64,000 nucleotides of DNA, taken from the NCBI GenBank assembly GCA_040390065.1, contig JAZJZE010000001.1, forward strand, positions 128,001-192,000, given 5' to 3'. The notes beneath the pieces are model-generated. The model did not search any database. It saw only the letters and a program-made list of their open reading frames with translations, and was not told the DNA's origin. Shown in pieces: positions 28,381 through 37,514 of the stretch. The translations under genes were made by a program, and so were the position numbers. How positions within the stretch are numbered: position 1 is the stretch's first letter; each line of letters begins with the position of its first letter. The DNA is from a bacterium (GTDB taxonomy: Archaea > Thermoplasmatota > E2 > JACPAO01 > JAHFTW01).

Positions 28381-29204
28381 AAGGGCTCCACAGCCAACCC
28401 CGAGATGAGGCTAATGCTGCAAGAAGGAACGGCGGGGTCCTGCGTGCGCCCGCCTGCAAGGGCGCCGCGCCTTCGCGCCACCTGAACGGCTACGGGCCTG
28501 CTGGGGCCGGGGTTGGTGTCGGAAGGGCCTGGGGTCCTCGATGCCCGGGCTGGGCGGCCTCCCCGACCAGGCCCTGCGTCAGTTAGGTTCGGCCGCGGCC
28601 CGGGACTGCGCCGTCCGGGCGGGGCCGTTCGTCGGCCGGCTGCGCCGGGGCTCCGGACGCTCCAACGGCCGGTATGCGCGTGCCTCTTGCGAGCAGCTTC
28701 GTAATTCGCGGTAAGATGGCGCTTGTCCTGGGCCTTGTTCATGTGACGCAGATTGGTGATGCCTCATTCATTCGGGCTCTGGCCGAACCACGACTTGTCT
28801 TGCCGGTCACATTTCTCGTCGCCAGCAGCGATGTCGATAGCCTCCATCGTTTATGGTGCCGGTGGACGGCCCGACGGTGCGGGACGCAGACATGCGCTCT
28901 TGGGTTTGATGGGCGAGTGCACTCTCGGATTGAGAGTATCGCCGCGGGAAACGGCTGCAAGTGGGCCCGGCTTCTGCCCGCTGAAGGCCCTCCTTCGTCC
29001 TTGTTGGGTGGATGCCTTGGATCCGTGGACTTTGGCCGGACTGGAGGTGACGGGGGCTCGAAGTTCTATGGCGGCTCGAAGTTCTACCCCAGCGGGGTCC
29101 GCGGTCCCGGCTACCTGGCCCAGAAGTCTGCCGCGCTTCGACGGACGAAGTGGACCCCCGGTGAAGTCCCGGGCTTCCTCTGGTTTGGCGGCCGCGCCGC
29201 GGGC

Positions 29205-31004
29205 CTACGCGTAGTACGGGCTCAAGTCCAAGCCACCCGGCTTGGGGGCGTTTGCGGCTGTCGCCGCGGGCGGCGGCGGAACGGGAGGCAATTTCTGTAG
29301 GACTTCCTCCGCTTTCTGTTTCACTTTGTCCTTCAGGCGCTCAATGGGCCCCTTCTCGGGAAACATGTCGCCCGACAACCTCGGCAAAACATGCGTCGTG
29401 AAGGCGTCGACGAGGCGGTCCCTTCGGCGGTCCGAATTGTCGCTGGCTTTCTTGGCGATTCTTCCGGCCGTATCCATCGCTGCAAGTAGGGTCAGGGTTT
29501 CGCCGTCCACGGCGTGCCGCGACCAGACGCCGCTGCCGCGGTCCAGTTCCTTCCACCCCCACTGGACGTGTTCGTTTGGTCCCAGGCGTTCGAGGATTAG
29601 CTGCGCGTCCTCGGTGCGGCAACCGATGTAAGTGCTTCCCTCCTTCTCGTGGATCCAAACATCCCTCCAGAAGGGCTCGGGGGCTTGCGCAGCAATCTCA
29701 GGAGCAACAGGATTCGTGCGAGCTTCCGGGAGGAGCATACTAGCGTCAGCCTTGGTTTCGGGGAGGGCTTCCGAAAGAGGTGTGCAAGGGCTGCCGGTCT
29801 CCGTCACGTTGGGGGCCGGCAAGCAGCCGGCAACTTCCTGGGCCCTGTCGTTGGCGTCGCACGCGCCCTCATCAAGTGCGGGTCCGAGACACATGTCGGT
29901 CATGACCGTCGGCGTCGACCCCTCAGGTACCTGGGGCGGCATGCGGGCACTCTGCGACTGCGCCGGACTGGGCGACGCCACGGCATCGTCGGATGCATGG
30001 CCTTCCCGATGTCCCGACTGTTCCTGCGGCGACTCTTTCCTGTCGTCTGCGCCTTGCAACTGACTGACGTCGGAGGGGCGACTCGATGTGGCGGCGGCTG
30101 CAGAATCGAGCGCGCGTTGCAGGTCGTCGCGAAGGTCTTGAAGATGGTGCACTTCGCCGTCGAGCGCATCCCGCTGGCTGCGTAGGTCGTCGCGCTGTCG
30201 AGTGGCCCAGGCAACCTCCTGTTGGCGACTCGTCAAGGCCTCTTCCGCTTCATCCAACTCCGCTTGTACTTGCGCGCGGCGAGCCTTGAGAACCTCATGC
30301 TCCTCTTGGGCGCGGCTTCCTCGGTTCCCGACGGCGTGGGCACGGCGCCTCAAGGTGGCAAGGCGCGCCTCCAGGTCGCTAACCTCGCGCTGCTTCGTGG
30401 CGGCCTGCGCTGCCGTGCTTTGGATCGTGGACTGCAAGGCGTTGATCTTTCCGGTGAGGGTCTGCAGGTGCCTGGCGGCTTGGGCCTCGTCTTTGTGGTA
30501 GGCAAGGAATTGCGCCGCCTTTTCGGGGGTGAGAAGGAGGCGCAAGGCGTCCTGTGACATGCCGGTTTCGGTCTCCGCGATTCTCAATTGAGCCGCAACG
30601 CCCCCCGCCGCGTCGAGGGTCGTTAGGGCTTCCAGGGGCAGCTCTAGCAGGCGCGCCCGGGCAGCTAGGTCTTGCGTGACGGCCTCCAGATCATCAATTG
30701 CGGCTTGTTCTGCTTGTGCCCGCACGGCGTGGACCTCTTGGCGCAAGATGGCCTTGGCTCCTTCCTCGTCCTCCAAGTCTTCGGCTAGGACATCGAGGGT
30801 CGCCTTCAGGCGGACTCGGCGGGCCACATTGGCAAGCGTTGATCGAGGCGGCGAAGCGACGGGGGCCGGCGTGGTTCGTGCAAGGACGGCGGTGATAGTC
30901 TTGACGTCGTGGCCCGTTTCCTTGGCGATTCTGGCCTTGCTGTACCCCGCCGCGTGGAGTTTCCTGATTCGGTCGGCCTCATCCGGCGCAATCATGTGAG
31001 CCAC
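29205..31004 (-). CDS. N-terminal HTH plus long coiled-coil protein of the island
   Basis: IRKLHAAGYSKARIAKETGHDVKTITAVL HTH followed by a heptad-rich region. Confidence 0.75.
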   Translation of the reverse strand: MAHMIAPDEADRIRKLHAAGYSKARIAKETGHDVKTITAVLARTTPAPVASPPRSTLANVARRVRLKATLDVLAEDLEDEEGAKAILRQEVHAVRAQAEQAAIDDLEAVTQDLAARARLLELPLEALTTLDAAGGVAAQLRIAETETGMSQDALRLLLTPEKAAQFLAYHKDEAQAARHLQTLTGKINALQSTIQSTAAQAATKQREVSDLEARLATLRRRAHAVGNRGSRAQEEHEVLKARRAQVQAELDEAEEALTSRQQEVAWATRQRDDLRSQRDALDGEVHHLQDLRDDLQRALDSAAAATSSRPSDVSQLQGADDRKESPQEQSGHREGHASDDAVASPSPAQSQSARMPPQVPEGSTPTVMTDMCLGPALDEGACDANDRAQEVAGCLPAPNVTETGSPCTPLSEALPETKADASMLLPEARTNPVAPEIAAQAPEPFWRDVWIHEKEGSTYIGCRTEDAQLILERLGPNEHVQWGWKELDRGSGVWSRHAVDGETLTLLAAMDTAGRIAKKASDNSDRRRDRLVDAFTTHVLPRLSGDMFPEKGPIERLKDKVKQKAEEVLQKLPPVPPPPAATAANAPKPGGLDLSPYYA

Positions 31005-31478
31005 ACCTTCATGGTCGACATCAAGGTGGGAAGGGAGCCTTAAGGTTTAGGCAGTTACTTGCTGAAGTAGTGCATATTGGGCGACCTGAGCTTGGCTGCG
31101 ACTTAGGCCGCGAACGTCATTTTCCAGTGATAAGTCGCCTTGGAACGAAAAACGGGAAGTTGGGAATTCCCCGGGAAGGCACCAGATTTCGGATGATTTA
31201 TCCAGGCCGCACCGGGTGAACCAGGGATGGCGATTGGACGTTGGCGCCCCTCATAGCAGATGTTTGGGATTCGGAAGGGGGCGATTCTGGGAGGCCCACT
31301 CCCCGAGTTCCAACGGAAATCCAAGCCCACCTCAATGCCGGACCCCGGCAACAGCCTGAAGACGCACCTACCCTTGCAACGCCAACGCGGCGGCCTCTCC
31401 TTAAGGGAGGTATTCCACGACCCAAAACGGTCGGTAAGTCTGTGTTTGCCCGAGAGCCATTCGCGAGCCGCGCCCGCG

Positions 31479-32117
31479 TCACGGTCGCAACGTCCACAAC
31501 ACGCCTTTCCCCTGCGGCGCGACGTTCTCGACGTGCAGGCGGCGGCCGATCATGCTGGGCTTGCCGTCGAAGATGGACGGCCCCGTTCCGCCGATGAGGA
31601 CCGGCGCCATGTACAGCGTCCAACGTTCGACGAGGTCCGTGTTCAGGAAGGAGCGGATGACTTGCGCGCCGCCTTCGACGAGAAGGTCACGGACGCCGCG
31701 TTCGTGCAACGCCTCCATGGCGGCGGCGACGTTGACGGTCCCCGCTGCATCGGCGGCGACCTCGACGGCCTGCGCCTTGGGCCACTGCGCCCGGATGCCG
31801 GGGCCGTGCAGGATGACCGTCGGAGCCGAGCCGTCCACGACGCGAGCGCCCTTGGGGGTTCGTCCTTTGGAGTCCAAGACGACGCGCACCAATTTCCGGT
31901 TGGGCGAGACGGGCGCGAACTCCTCCTTGACCTTGAGGTTGGGGTCGTCACGCATGATGGTGCCGACGCCGACCAGGATGGCATCGACGGAAGAGCGCAG
32001 GAGGTGCACGCGGCGCCAATCCGCGTCATCGGACAGCGGCATCGCGGCGCCGTCCGGGGCGGCAATCTTGCCGTCGAGGCTGCAGGCGCAGTTGAGAAGG
32101 ACCCGTGGCCGTCCCAC
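31479..32117 (-). CDS. 2,5-diamino-6-(ribosylamino)-4(3H)-pyrimidinone 5'-phosphate reductase (archaeal RibD/Rib7 type)
   Basis: RPRVLLNCACSLDGKIA, DAILVGVGT..DDP and LLVEGG motifs; start refined to GTG at 32117. Confidence 0.9.
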   Translation of the reverse strand: MGRPRVLLNCACSLDGKIAAPDGAAMPLSDDADWRRVHLLRSSVDAILVGVGTIMRDDPNLKVKEEFAPVSPNRKLVRVVLDSKGRTPKGARVVDGSAPTVILHGPGIRAQWPKAQAVEVAADAAGTVNVAAAMEALHERGVRDLLVEGGAQVIRSFLNTDLVERWTLYMAPVLIGGTGPSIFDGKPSMIGRRLHVENVAPQGKGVLWTLRP

Positions 32118-32170
32118 GTTGCGGGGTATGGACCGTTTGTTTAAGGAGGCGACGCGGGGTGGCCGAAGGC

Positions 32171-32992
32171 GTGGCGGACGTCGCACCCCAACCGGCAACG
32201 CCGCCGCCACCGCCCGGTCCGCCCGGGAAACTGACCCTCATCGGCGCCGGCCACGTGTTCCAGATCGAGGACGCCATCCGGCAGGCCATCCTCGCGTTGC
32301 AGCCCGATGTCGTGTTCGTGGAACTCGACCGCGGCCGCCTGAACGGCCTCATCGAGAAGCGCCGGGGCAACGCGGCGCAGCCGAAGGGGGGCTTCGTGCA
32401 CAAGCGCCTCGCGAAGGTGCAGGAATCGGTTGCCGGCATGTACGGCGCCGACGTCGGCGGCGAGATGCTGGGAGCCGTCGGGGCCGCGCAGCAACTTGGG
32501 GCCCGTGTGTCTTTCATCGACGATGCCGCCGAGGACACGCTTCGCCGTGCCCTCTCCCAACTGACGTGGCGCGAGAAGTTCCGCGCAGTCGGCATGCTGA
32601 TCGGCGGGGCCGCCAAATCAGCCATCCCGCGCAACCGGCGCAACGCCAAGGCCGACATCGAGGCCGAGATCAAGCGGTACCAGGACGACCCCGAATCCGT
32701 GCTGGGCCCCGAGGGCGAGTTGGCGCGCAAGTTCCCGACCATCCACCGCATCGTCATCCGGGAACGCGACGAGAAGATGGCAAAGCGCATCCGGACGCAA
32801 CTCGCAGGAATCCGCCACGGCGTCGCCGTCATCGGCGACGGGCACCTCAACGGCATGATCCCGATGCTTGCCGACCTCAAGCCGACCGTGTTCCGCCTCG
32901 CCGACGTGCGCGACGGACGCCTGCCGCGGGCACTGCCGTTTGCGACGGGCACCACGGAGAAGATCGGGTTCTCCCTGCAGATTCGGACGTAG
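32171..32992 (+). CDS. TraB/GumN family protein
   Basis: LIGAGHV, PDVVFVELD..R, GGEM, VIRERDEKMA and VAVIGDGHL motifs. Confidence 0.85.
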   Translation: MADVAPQPATPPPPPGPPGKLTLIGAGHVFQIEDAIRQAILALQPDVVFVELDRGRLNGLIEKRRGNAAQPKGGFVHKRLAKVQESVAGMYGADVGGEMLGAVGAAQQLGARVSFIDDAAEDTLRRALSQLTWREKFRAVGMLIGGAAKSAIPRNRRNAKADIEAEIKRYQDDPESVLGPEGELARKFPTIHRIVIRERDEKMAKRIRTQLAGIRHGVAVIGDGHLNGMIPMLADLKPTVFRLADVRDGRLPRALPFATGTTEKIGFSLQIRT

Positions 32993-33048
32993 CGGCAGAT
33001 ACGGTGCCCACCACAACCCTCAAAACTCCCGGGGCGTGGCTTTCTCCT

Positions 33049-34158
33049 ATGCGGAACCTGTTGGCCCCCTTGGCCGTCGCCGTCATGACCTTGACAGTCC
33101 TGTCCGGCTGCTCGACGCCGCAAGCCCCCGTCGAAGCCCCCCCGATTGTCGCGCCAGCTGGCCCTGACCCGGCCGCCTACGTCGTGCCCCCCGTCCCCCA
33201 CGTGGACGCCGCCGCGCTGCTGGCCGACCACGCCGCCTTCGTCACGAAGAACAACCTGCGCGCCGACAACGTGCCGACCCACGAGTCCGCCCGCGTCGAC
33301 CTCTTGGCCCACTTCGCCTCGTACGGCCTCGACACGTACCGCTTCAACTTCACGACCGGCATTCCGCAAGCCGACATCATGGGCGTCAAGTGGGGCGTCG
33401 ACCGCGAGCACTGGGTGTTCGTCGGTGGCCACTATGACACGACGACGTGGGACAAGGCCGCCACGCACTCCATGGGCGACTCCGCCGTCAGCCAGGGCGC
33501 CTACGACGACGGCTCCGGCACCATGATCGCCGTCCACCTCGCCAAGGCCTTCAGCAACGTGACCCCGTACTACACGATTGCCTTCGTCGCCTACGACGGC
33601 GAGGAGCGCGGCATCCAAGGCGCTGCCGCAATCGTGGACGACGTGACCGGCGGCAACTCGACCGTCGCTGCCCACTTCGGCGTGCCCCGCATCACCATCG
33701 TCGGCGACCTCGACCTCGACATGGTCGGCATCAACTGGCCCGGCACGAGCGCGCCCATCGACCTCATGACCAACAGCAAGGCCCAGAGTGCCCAGATTCA
33801 CGCCCAGTGGAAGAAGCTCGGCTACCCGGACAACCAACTCATCGAGAAGGACGGCCTCAAGCTCGGATCGAGCGACTACTCCGCGTTTTGGCGCCAGGAC
33901 CAGCCGACCATCCCGACGGTCTTCTTCATCAGCGACTTCGAAGAGATCGGCGTCGGCAGCGCGCCGGATGCGGTGCAGACGCCGTTTGGCGCGTACCCGT
34001 TCTGGCACATGACGGACACTGTCGAGACGATGACGGCCATGGCCGGTGGCCCGGGCCCTCTTGAGCAAGGCTTCGACACGGCGGCCAACCTGGGCGCCTT
34101 CGTCGTGCACTCCATGGCTTGCCAGCCGCTTGTCAAGCTCGACGCCGTGGCGCGCTAG
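33049..34158 (+). CDS. M28 family aminopeptidase, lipoprotein
   Basis: VLSGC lipobox; GGHYDT, GAYDDGSG, DGEERG, LDMVG and SSDY motifs. Confidence 0.9.
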   Translation: MRNLLAPLAVAVMTLTVLSGCSTPQAPVEAPPIVAPAGPDPAAYVVPPVPHVDAAALLADHAAFVTKNNLRADNVPTHESARVDLLAHFASYGLDTYRFNFTTGIPQADIMGVKWGVDREHWVFVGGHYDTTTWDKAATHSMGDSAVSQGAYDDGSGTMIAVHLAKAFSNVTPYYTIAFVAYDGEERGIQGAAAIVDDVTGGNSTVAAHFGVPRITIVGDLDLDMVGINWPGTSAPIDLMTNSKAQSAQIHAQWKKLGYPDNQLIEKDGLKLGSSDYSAFWRQDQPTIPTVFFISDFEEIGVGSAPDAVQTPFGAYPFWHMTDTVETMTAMAGGPGPLEQGFDTAANLGAFVVHSMACQPLVKLDAVAR

Positions 34159-34187
34159 TCTCGCTGGTTAGTCCCGCCCCGCGGCTG

Positions 34188-34392
34188 CACTCAGATTTCA
34201 CAGAGGCCTCTGGGTTCATGCCGGAATGACAGGGCACTGGATGGGTACGGCCCCGACAGAATTTCGCAGATGAACTGTCGCCGCACCACGACCACGGCAG
34301 TCCATCTGGGGAATTCTGGCGGTGCCCGTCGAGTCCAGGCGCAGGCAGCAGGATCAGGCCAAGCAAATTCTGGGAAATCGGTGTCCGCCCGA
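34188..34392. repeat. Nested-palindrome intergenic repeat, copy 2
   Basis: Outer CAGATTTCACAGA / TTCTGGGAAATCGGTGTCCGCCCGA; inner CAGAATTTCGCAGATGAACTG (34257-34277) / CAGTCCATCTGGGGAATTCTG (34298-34318); lies between convergent genes. Confidence 0.8.
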
Positions 34393-34409
34393 GCCGAGTC
34401 CGAAGGGAA

Positions 34410-34628
34410 TCACGCCTTGCGCAGTTCGCGCAGCGTCTCGACGACGTCGCCCAGATAGGCCAACGCTTGCCCCGCGTGCCCAATCTTCTCGCGCACGTCG
34501 TTGGCCTCTTGCGCCCAAAGGAGGAGGATGCGGATGTCCTCGATGTTCTTGTTGATGGTGAGCTTGAGGGAATCCTCGTAGAGCTGGTTCTCTCGAGGCG
34601 CCGGGGGCGAACCCGGAGGCATGGCCAT
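34410..34628 (-). CDS. Small hypothetical helical protein
   Basis: 72-aa ORF with host-like codon usage downstream of the protease gene. Confidence 0.55.
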   Translation of the reverse strand: MAMPPGSPPAPRENQLYEDSLKLTINKNIEDIRILLLWAQEANDVREKIGHAGQALAYLGDVVETLRELRKA

Positions 34629-34680
34629 GGAGGCGGGACGCCCAGGAGGGTCTTGAAGGGAACGGCCGGCAACCGGGCGA

Positions 34681-35445
34681 CTACGCGCCGTAGATCGACT
34701 TGATCCCCAGGATGTCGCCGTCGCCCAGCGTGCGCTTTTGGGTCTCGCCATAGTTGGCGTAGGCGTACATGGTCAGGCAGGCAATGCCGCCGCCCTTGGG
34801 GTGGTCGAGGCCGAACGTGTGCCCAATCTCGTGCGTGGCGATGTTGAGCACGTCCATGGCACCGGAGGAGCCGTCCGTCGCCCAGGCGTAGTAGGTGTTG
34901 TACTGTCCGTCCGATTCGACGGCTTGCCCCGAGTACCGGTTGTACCACGTCGTGGTGACCGCGATGGTGGTCGAGGCGCCGAGGGACACGAAGTCAATCT
35001 GGTTCACGCCGTCGAAGGTGCCCGCCGCGGCCGTGGAGCCAGCCGTGACGCCCGCGAAGATGCTGGCGGCGGTCTGCCCGTCCCAAGTCTGGCCTGCCGC
35101 ATCGAAGAGGCTCGCGTACGAGGATGCCGTGGCGGAATACGGGGCCGCCCAAGCCCAGCCGGCCTTGCGGAAGTTGTCGGGCTCGCAGTCGGTGCCGGGA
35201 TCGCTGCCGCCGCCGCCTCCACCCCCGCCGCCGCCACTGGGCCGTGCGTTGCTATCCGTGTGACGGTAGAATCGTTCGAATGCAATCGCGTCATTGTCGC
35301 TCCGGACGCCCTTCTCCCAGACAAGGCGGCCATCTTGGTCGTAGCCGCGCTCCGTCACCCGGTCCGAACCATGGGGCGATGCGCCCGCCGGAACCGCGAG
35401 CGGCAAGAGGAACAGAGCAACGAGAAGGGGGGCGGTTCGCAGCAT
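34681..35445 (-). CDS. Secreted matrixin (M10) family zinc metalloprotease
   Basis: Signal peptide; HEIGHTFGLDH and Met-turn TMY. Confidence 0.9.
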   Translation of the reverse strand: MLRTAPLLVALFLLPLAVPAGASPHGSDRVTERGYDQDGRLVWEKGVRSDNDAIAFERFYRHTDSNARPSGGGGGGGGGGSDPGTDCEPDNFRKAGWAWAAPYSATASSYASLFDAAGQTWDGQTAASIFAGVTAGSTAAAGTFDGVNQIDFVSLGASTTIAVTTTWYNRYSGQAVESDGQYNTYYAWATDGSSGAMDVLNIATHEIGHTFGLDHPKGGGIACLTMYAYANYGETQKRTLGDGDILGIKSIYGA

Positions 35446-35674
35446 GGCAACCGACCCTGATTCGGCCCGGCGCCCTCTTAACGGTTCGGGCGCGAATCCA
35501 TATCATCGAGGGTGACAGACGTCCTACCAAACCGGTCGACCGCCGGCACGGGGGCAAGGTCGGCCCAACCGCGGGGTATGCCCCTGGGGTACGTCAGTCA
35601 TGCCGCCGGCGGGGGGCATGGCCGTTTCCTCGGGTTTCGCCCCGCGAATCCCTATTCGCCCACGCCTTCGTAAT

Positions 35675-35816
35675 CTCCGCGTCGCTTCGCTCGCTACGGG
35701 CTCAGAGGGATTCGAACCCCATCGGACGGCCCTTGCGGGCCGCCCTGCGGGGTCCGATTCCCGTCTTGCCCTCCGCATCGCTTCGCTCGCTACGGGCTCA
35801 GAGGGATTCGAACCCC
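35675..35816 (-). repeat. 46-bp direct repeat of the tRNA 3' end plus trailer (35675-35720 and 35771-35816)
   Basis: 45 of 46 bp identical; includes the last 24 nt of the tRNA. Confidence 0.9.
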
Positions 35817-35866
35817 CGTCTGCGGGTCCGAAGCCCGCCAGTCTATCCAAGCTAGCCTATGAGCCC
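35793..35866 (-). tRNA. tRNA-Arg (anticodon TCG)
   Basis: GGGCTCA...GCGGG-CT-TCG-GA-CCCGC...GGTTCGAATCC...TGAGCCC-G cloverleaf; CCA is not encoded. Confidence 0.95.
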
Positions 35867-36081
35867 AGCGAAGCTGGCGAGTCAGGCGCTGCGGATAATG
35901 GCTGCGGGCTATGCCCGCCGGTCTGCGACTGGCATCGTGGCGCAGCCGATGTCGGTCGCAGCGAGGCCGCAGGCCGAGCGGACCGGTCGGTGCCGCGTGC
36001 GGCACCGGGCGGGATCCAAGCCAGCCTATAGGCCCAGGGAAAAAACGAGGGGGAGGAAAGGGAAAAGGGAATCGGACGGGC

Positions 36082-36858
36082 TTACTCTTCGTCGTCTTCC
36101 TCGTCGTCCTCGTCGTCGCCGGCGGTGAGGTCCTCGACTTTCTTCGCCTTCTCGGCTTCGATCTCGGCGAGTTGGTCGACGACGGGGGCGCCCTCTTCGC
36201 CGGGGGCGACGGGGGCGGCGGGTTCCTGGATCCTGATGACTGGGGTCTCGTCCGTCTCGATGGAGGGGGCCGTGAGCATCTCGGACTTGCCGATCTCGAC
36301 GCGGCGCACCGGGTGGATCTTGCGGGCTTCCTTGAACATGACGTTCGTTAGTTCGCCAAGCAGGATGTCGGCCAGGAAGCCGGAAAGAGTGTTGCGTTCG
36401 GCCGATTCCGTGAGGATGCGGCCCATGATGCGGCGGATCTCCTGCGACTGCGTCGTCTGGCAGCGGCGGTCGGTGACGGCGAATGGCTTGACGCGGATGC
36501 GCGAGCCGTCCTTCGTCTTGAGGTCGAAGACCGCGGGGATCTTCGAGTTGCCGCGGCGGGTGAGGCGGCGGATGTAGTCGGACGTCATCGTGTGGCCGAC
36601 GTACTGCGTCTTGGCGTTGAGGTCGACGACCTCGGAGACCTGGAAGTTGAGCTTGATGTGCATCTGCTTCATGTCGCCGGTGAGTTCGCTGAGCGTGACC
36701 TCGACGGTGCGGCCGGCGAGCTTCTCGGGTTCGTCGGCGAGGGTCTCGGCCAGGGTGGCGTTGTTGAACGATGCCGGGGCGGTGACCTTGTACCAGTTCT
36801 TTGCCTTCCACTTGTCTTTCGTGCGTCGGGCGGCGACGCGGGCGCGGGCGAGGGCCAT
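36082..36858 (-). CDS. rps3ae: 30S ribosomal protein S3Ae (eS1)
   Basis: KDKWKAKNWYKVTAP, DYIRRLTRRGNSKI and KIHPVRRVEI motifs; acidic tail. Confidence 0.97.
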   Translation of the reverse strand: MALARARVAARRTKDKWKAKNWYKVTAPASFNNATLAETLADEPEKLAGRTVEVTLSELTGDMKQMHIKLNFQVSEVVDLNAKTQYVGHTMTSDYIRRLTRRGNSKIPAVFDLKTKDGSRIRVKPFAVTDRRCQTTQSQEIRRIMGRILTESAERNTLSGFLADILLGELTNVMFKEARKIHPVRRVEIGKSEMLTAPSIETDETPVIRIQEPAAPVAPGEEGAPVVDQLAEIEAEKAKKVEDLTAGDDEDDEEDDEE

Positions 36859-36933
36859 GGCTCGGCCGACATGCACCCCCTATTTCAAACGACTGTCCCA
36901 AACTTGATACAATCGTTTGTGGTCCGATGCGTC

Positions 36934-37245
36934 ATGCTGGTGGAAAATCCCCTGCTCGCGTTCCTGGGGCGGCGTGGCCGCGGCGCCGTCGTGGAGGCGC
37001 TGCGCCGCAATCCGGCTCGCCTCTGGTCCGTCCGGGATTTGGCGCGTTTTGCCGACGTGGCCCCGATGGTCGCAAGCCGCGCGGCTCGCGAGTTGCAGGC
37101 GCTTGGCGCACTCGACGTCGTACGACCCGGGCGCGAGGTCCGCATGCGGTTCCTCCCGGATTCGCCGGCCGGATTCTTCCTGGCCAACCTCGAAGTGCCC
37201 GACGTCGTGCCGGCGCGAACGCCGCCTATGCGCCGAAATTCTTGA
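36934..37245 (+). CDS. Small winged-HTH protein
   Basis: WSVRDLARFADVAPMVASRAARELQALG. Confidence 0.7.
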   Translation: MLVENPLLAFLGRRGRGAVVEALRRNPARLWSVRDLARFADVAPMVASRAARELQALGALDVVRPGREVRMRFLPDSPAGFFLANLEVPDVVPARTPPMRRNS

Positions 37246-37438
37246 AGAGGTACTGCACGCCGAGGTAGATGAGGACGCCAATGCCCACCACGATGGCCAC
37301 TTTCACGAGAGTGATGGCCGTCCGGATGAGGAGCATGCCGATGACGATGACCGCAAGGAAGAAGATCCACGACCATGGGATCGTGAAGTCGCCAACCTTG
37401 AAGCCGCCGTCCAGGAGCACCGTCGCAAACCCTTGCAT
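37226..37438 (-). CDS. Small membrane protein (70 aa)
   Basis: Highly hydrophobic, two TM segments. Confidence 0.65.
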   Translation of the reverse strand: MQGFATVLLDGGFKVGDFTIPWSWIFFLAVIVIGMLLIRTAITLVKVAIVVGIGVLIYLGVQYLFKNFGA

Positions 37439-37514
37439 ACGAGGGAAGGGGTGGGCGTCCCTTTGAACTCTCCGACGCCATCAACCTTTTACGGCCCGGG
37501 GCGCGTCGACCGGT

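Larger units (their letters stand above)
3007..31447. mobile_element. About 28.4-kb integrated element (tyrosine-integrase genomic island), probably immobilised
   Basis: Direct repeat TCTGTGTTT at 3007-3015 and 31439-31447; inner flanks TTACCGACC (3014-3022) and GGTCGGTAA (31429-31437) are inverted; integrase ORF starts at 3052; accessory cargo with gene fragments. Confidence 0.75.

Noticed and set aside
31552-33048. N-terminal 500 aa of the 868-aa ORF 31552..34158
   Set aside because: Overlaps the RibD and TraB genes in other frames; the real peptidase starts at 33049 with a lipoprotein signal.
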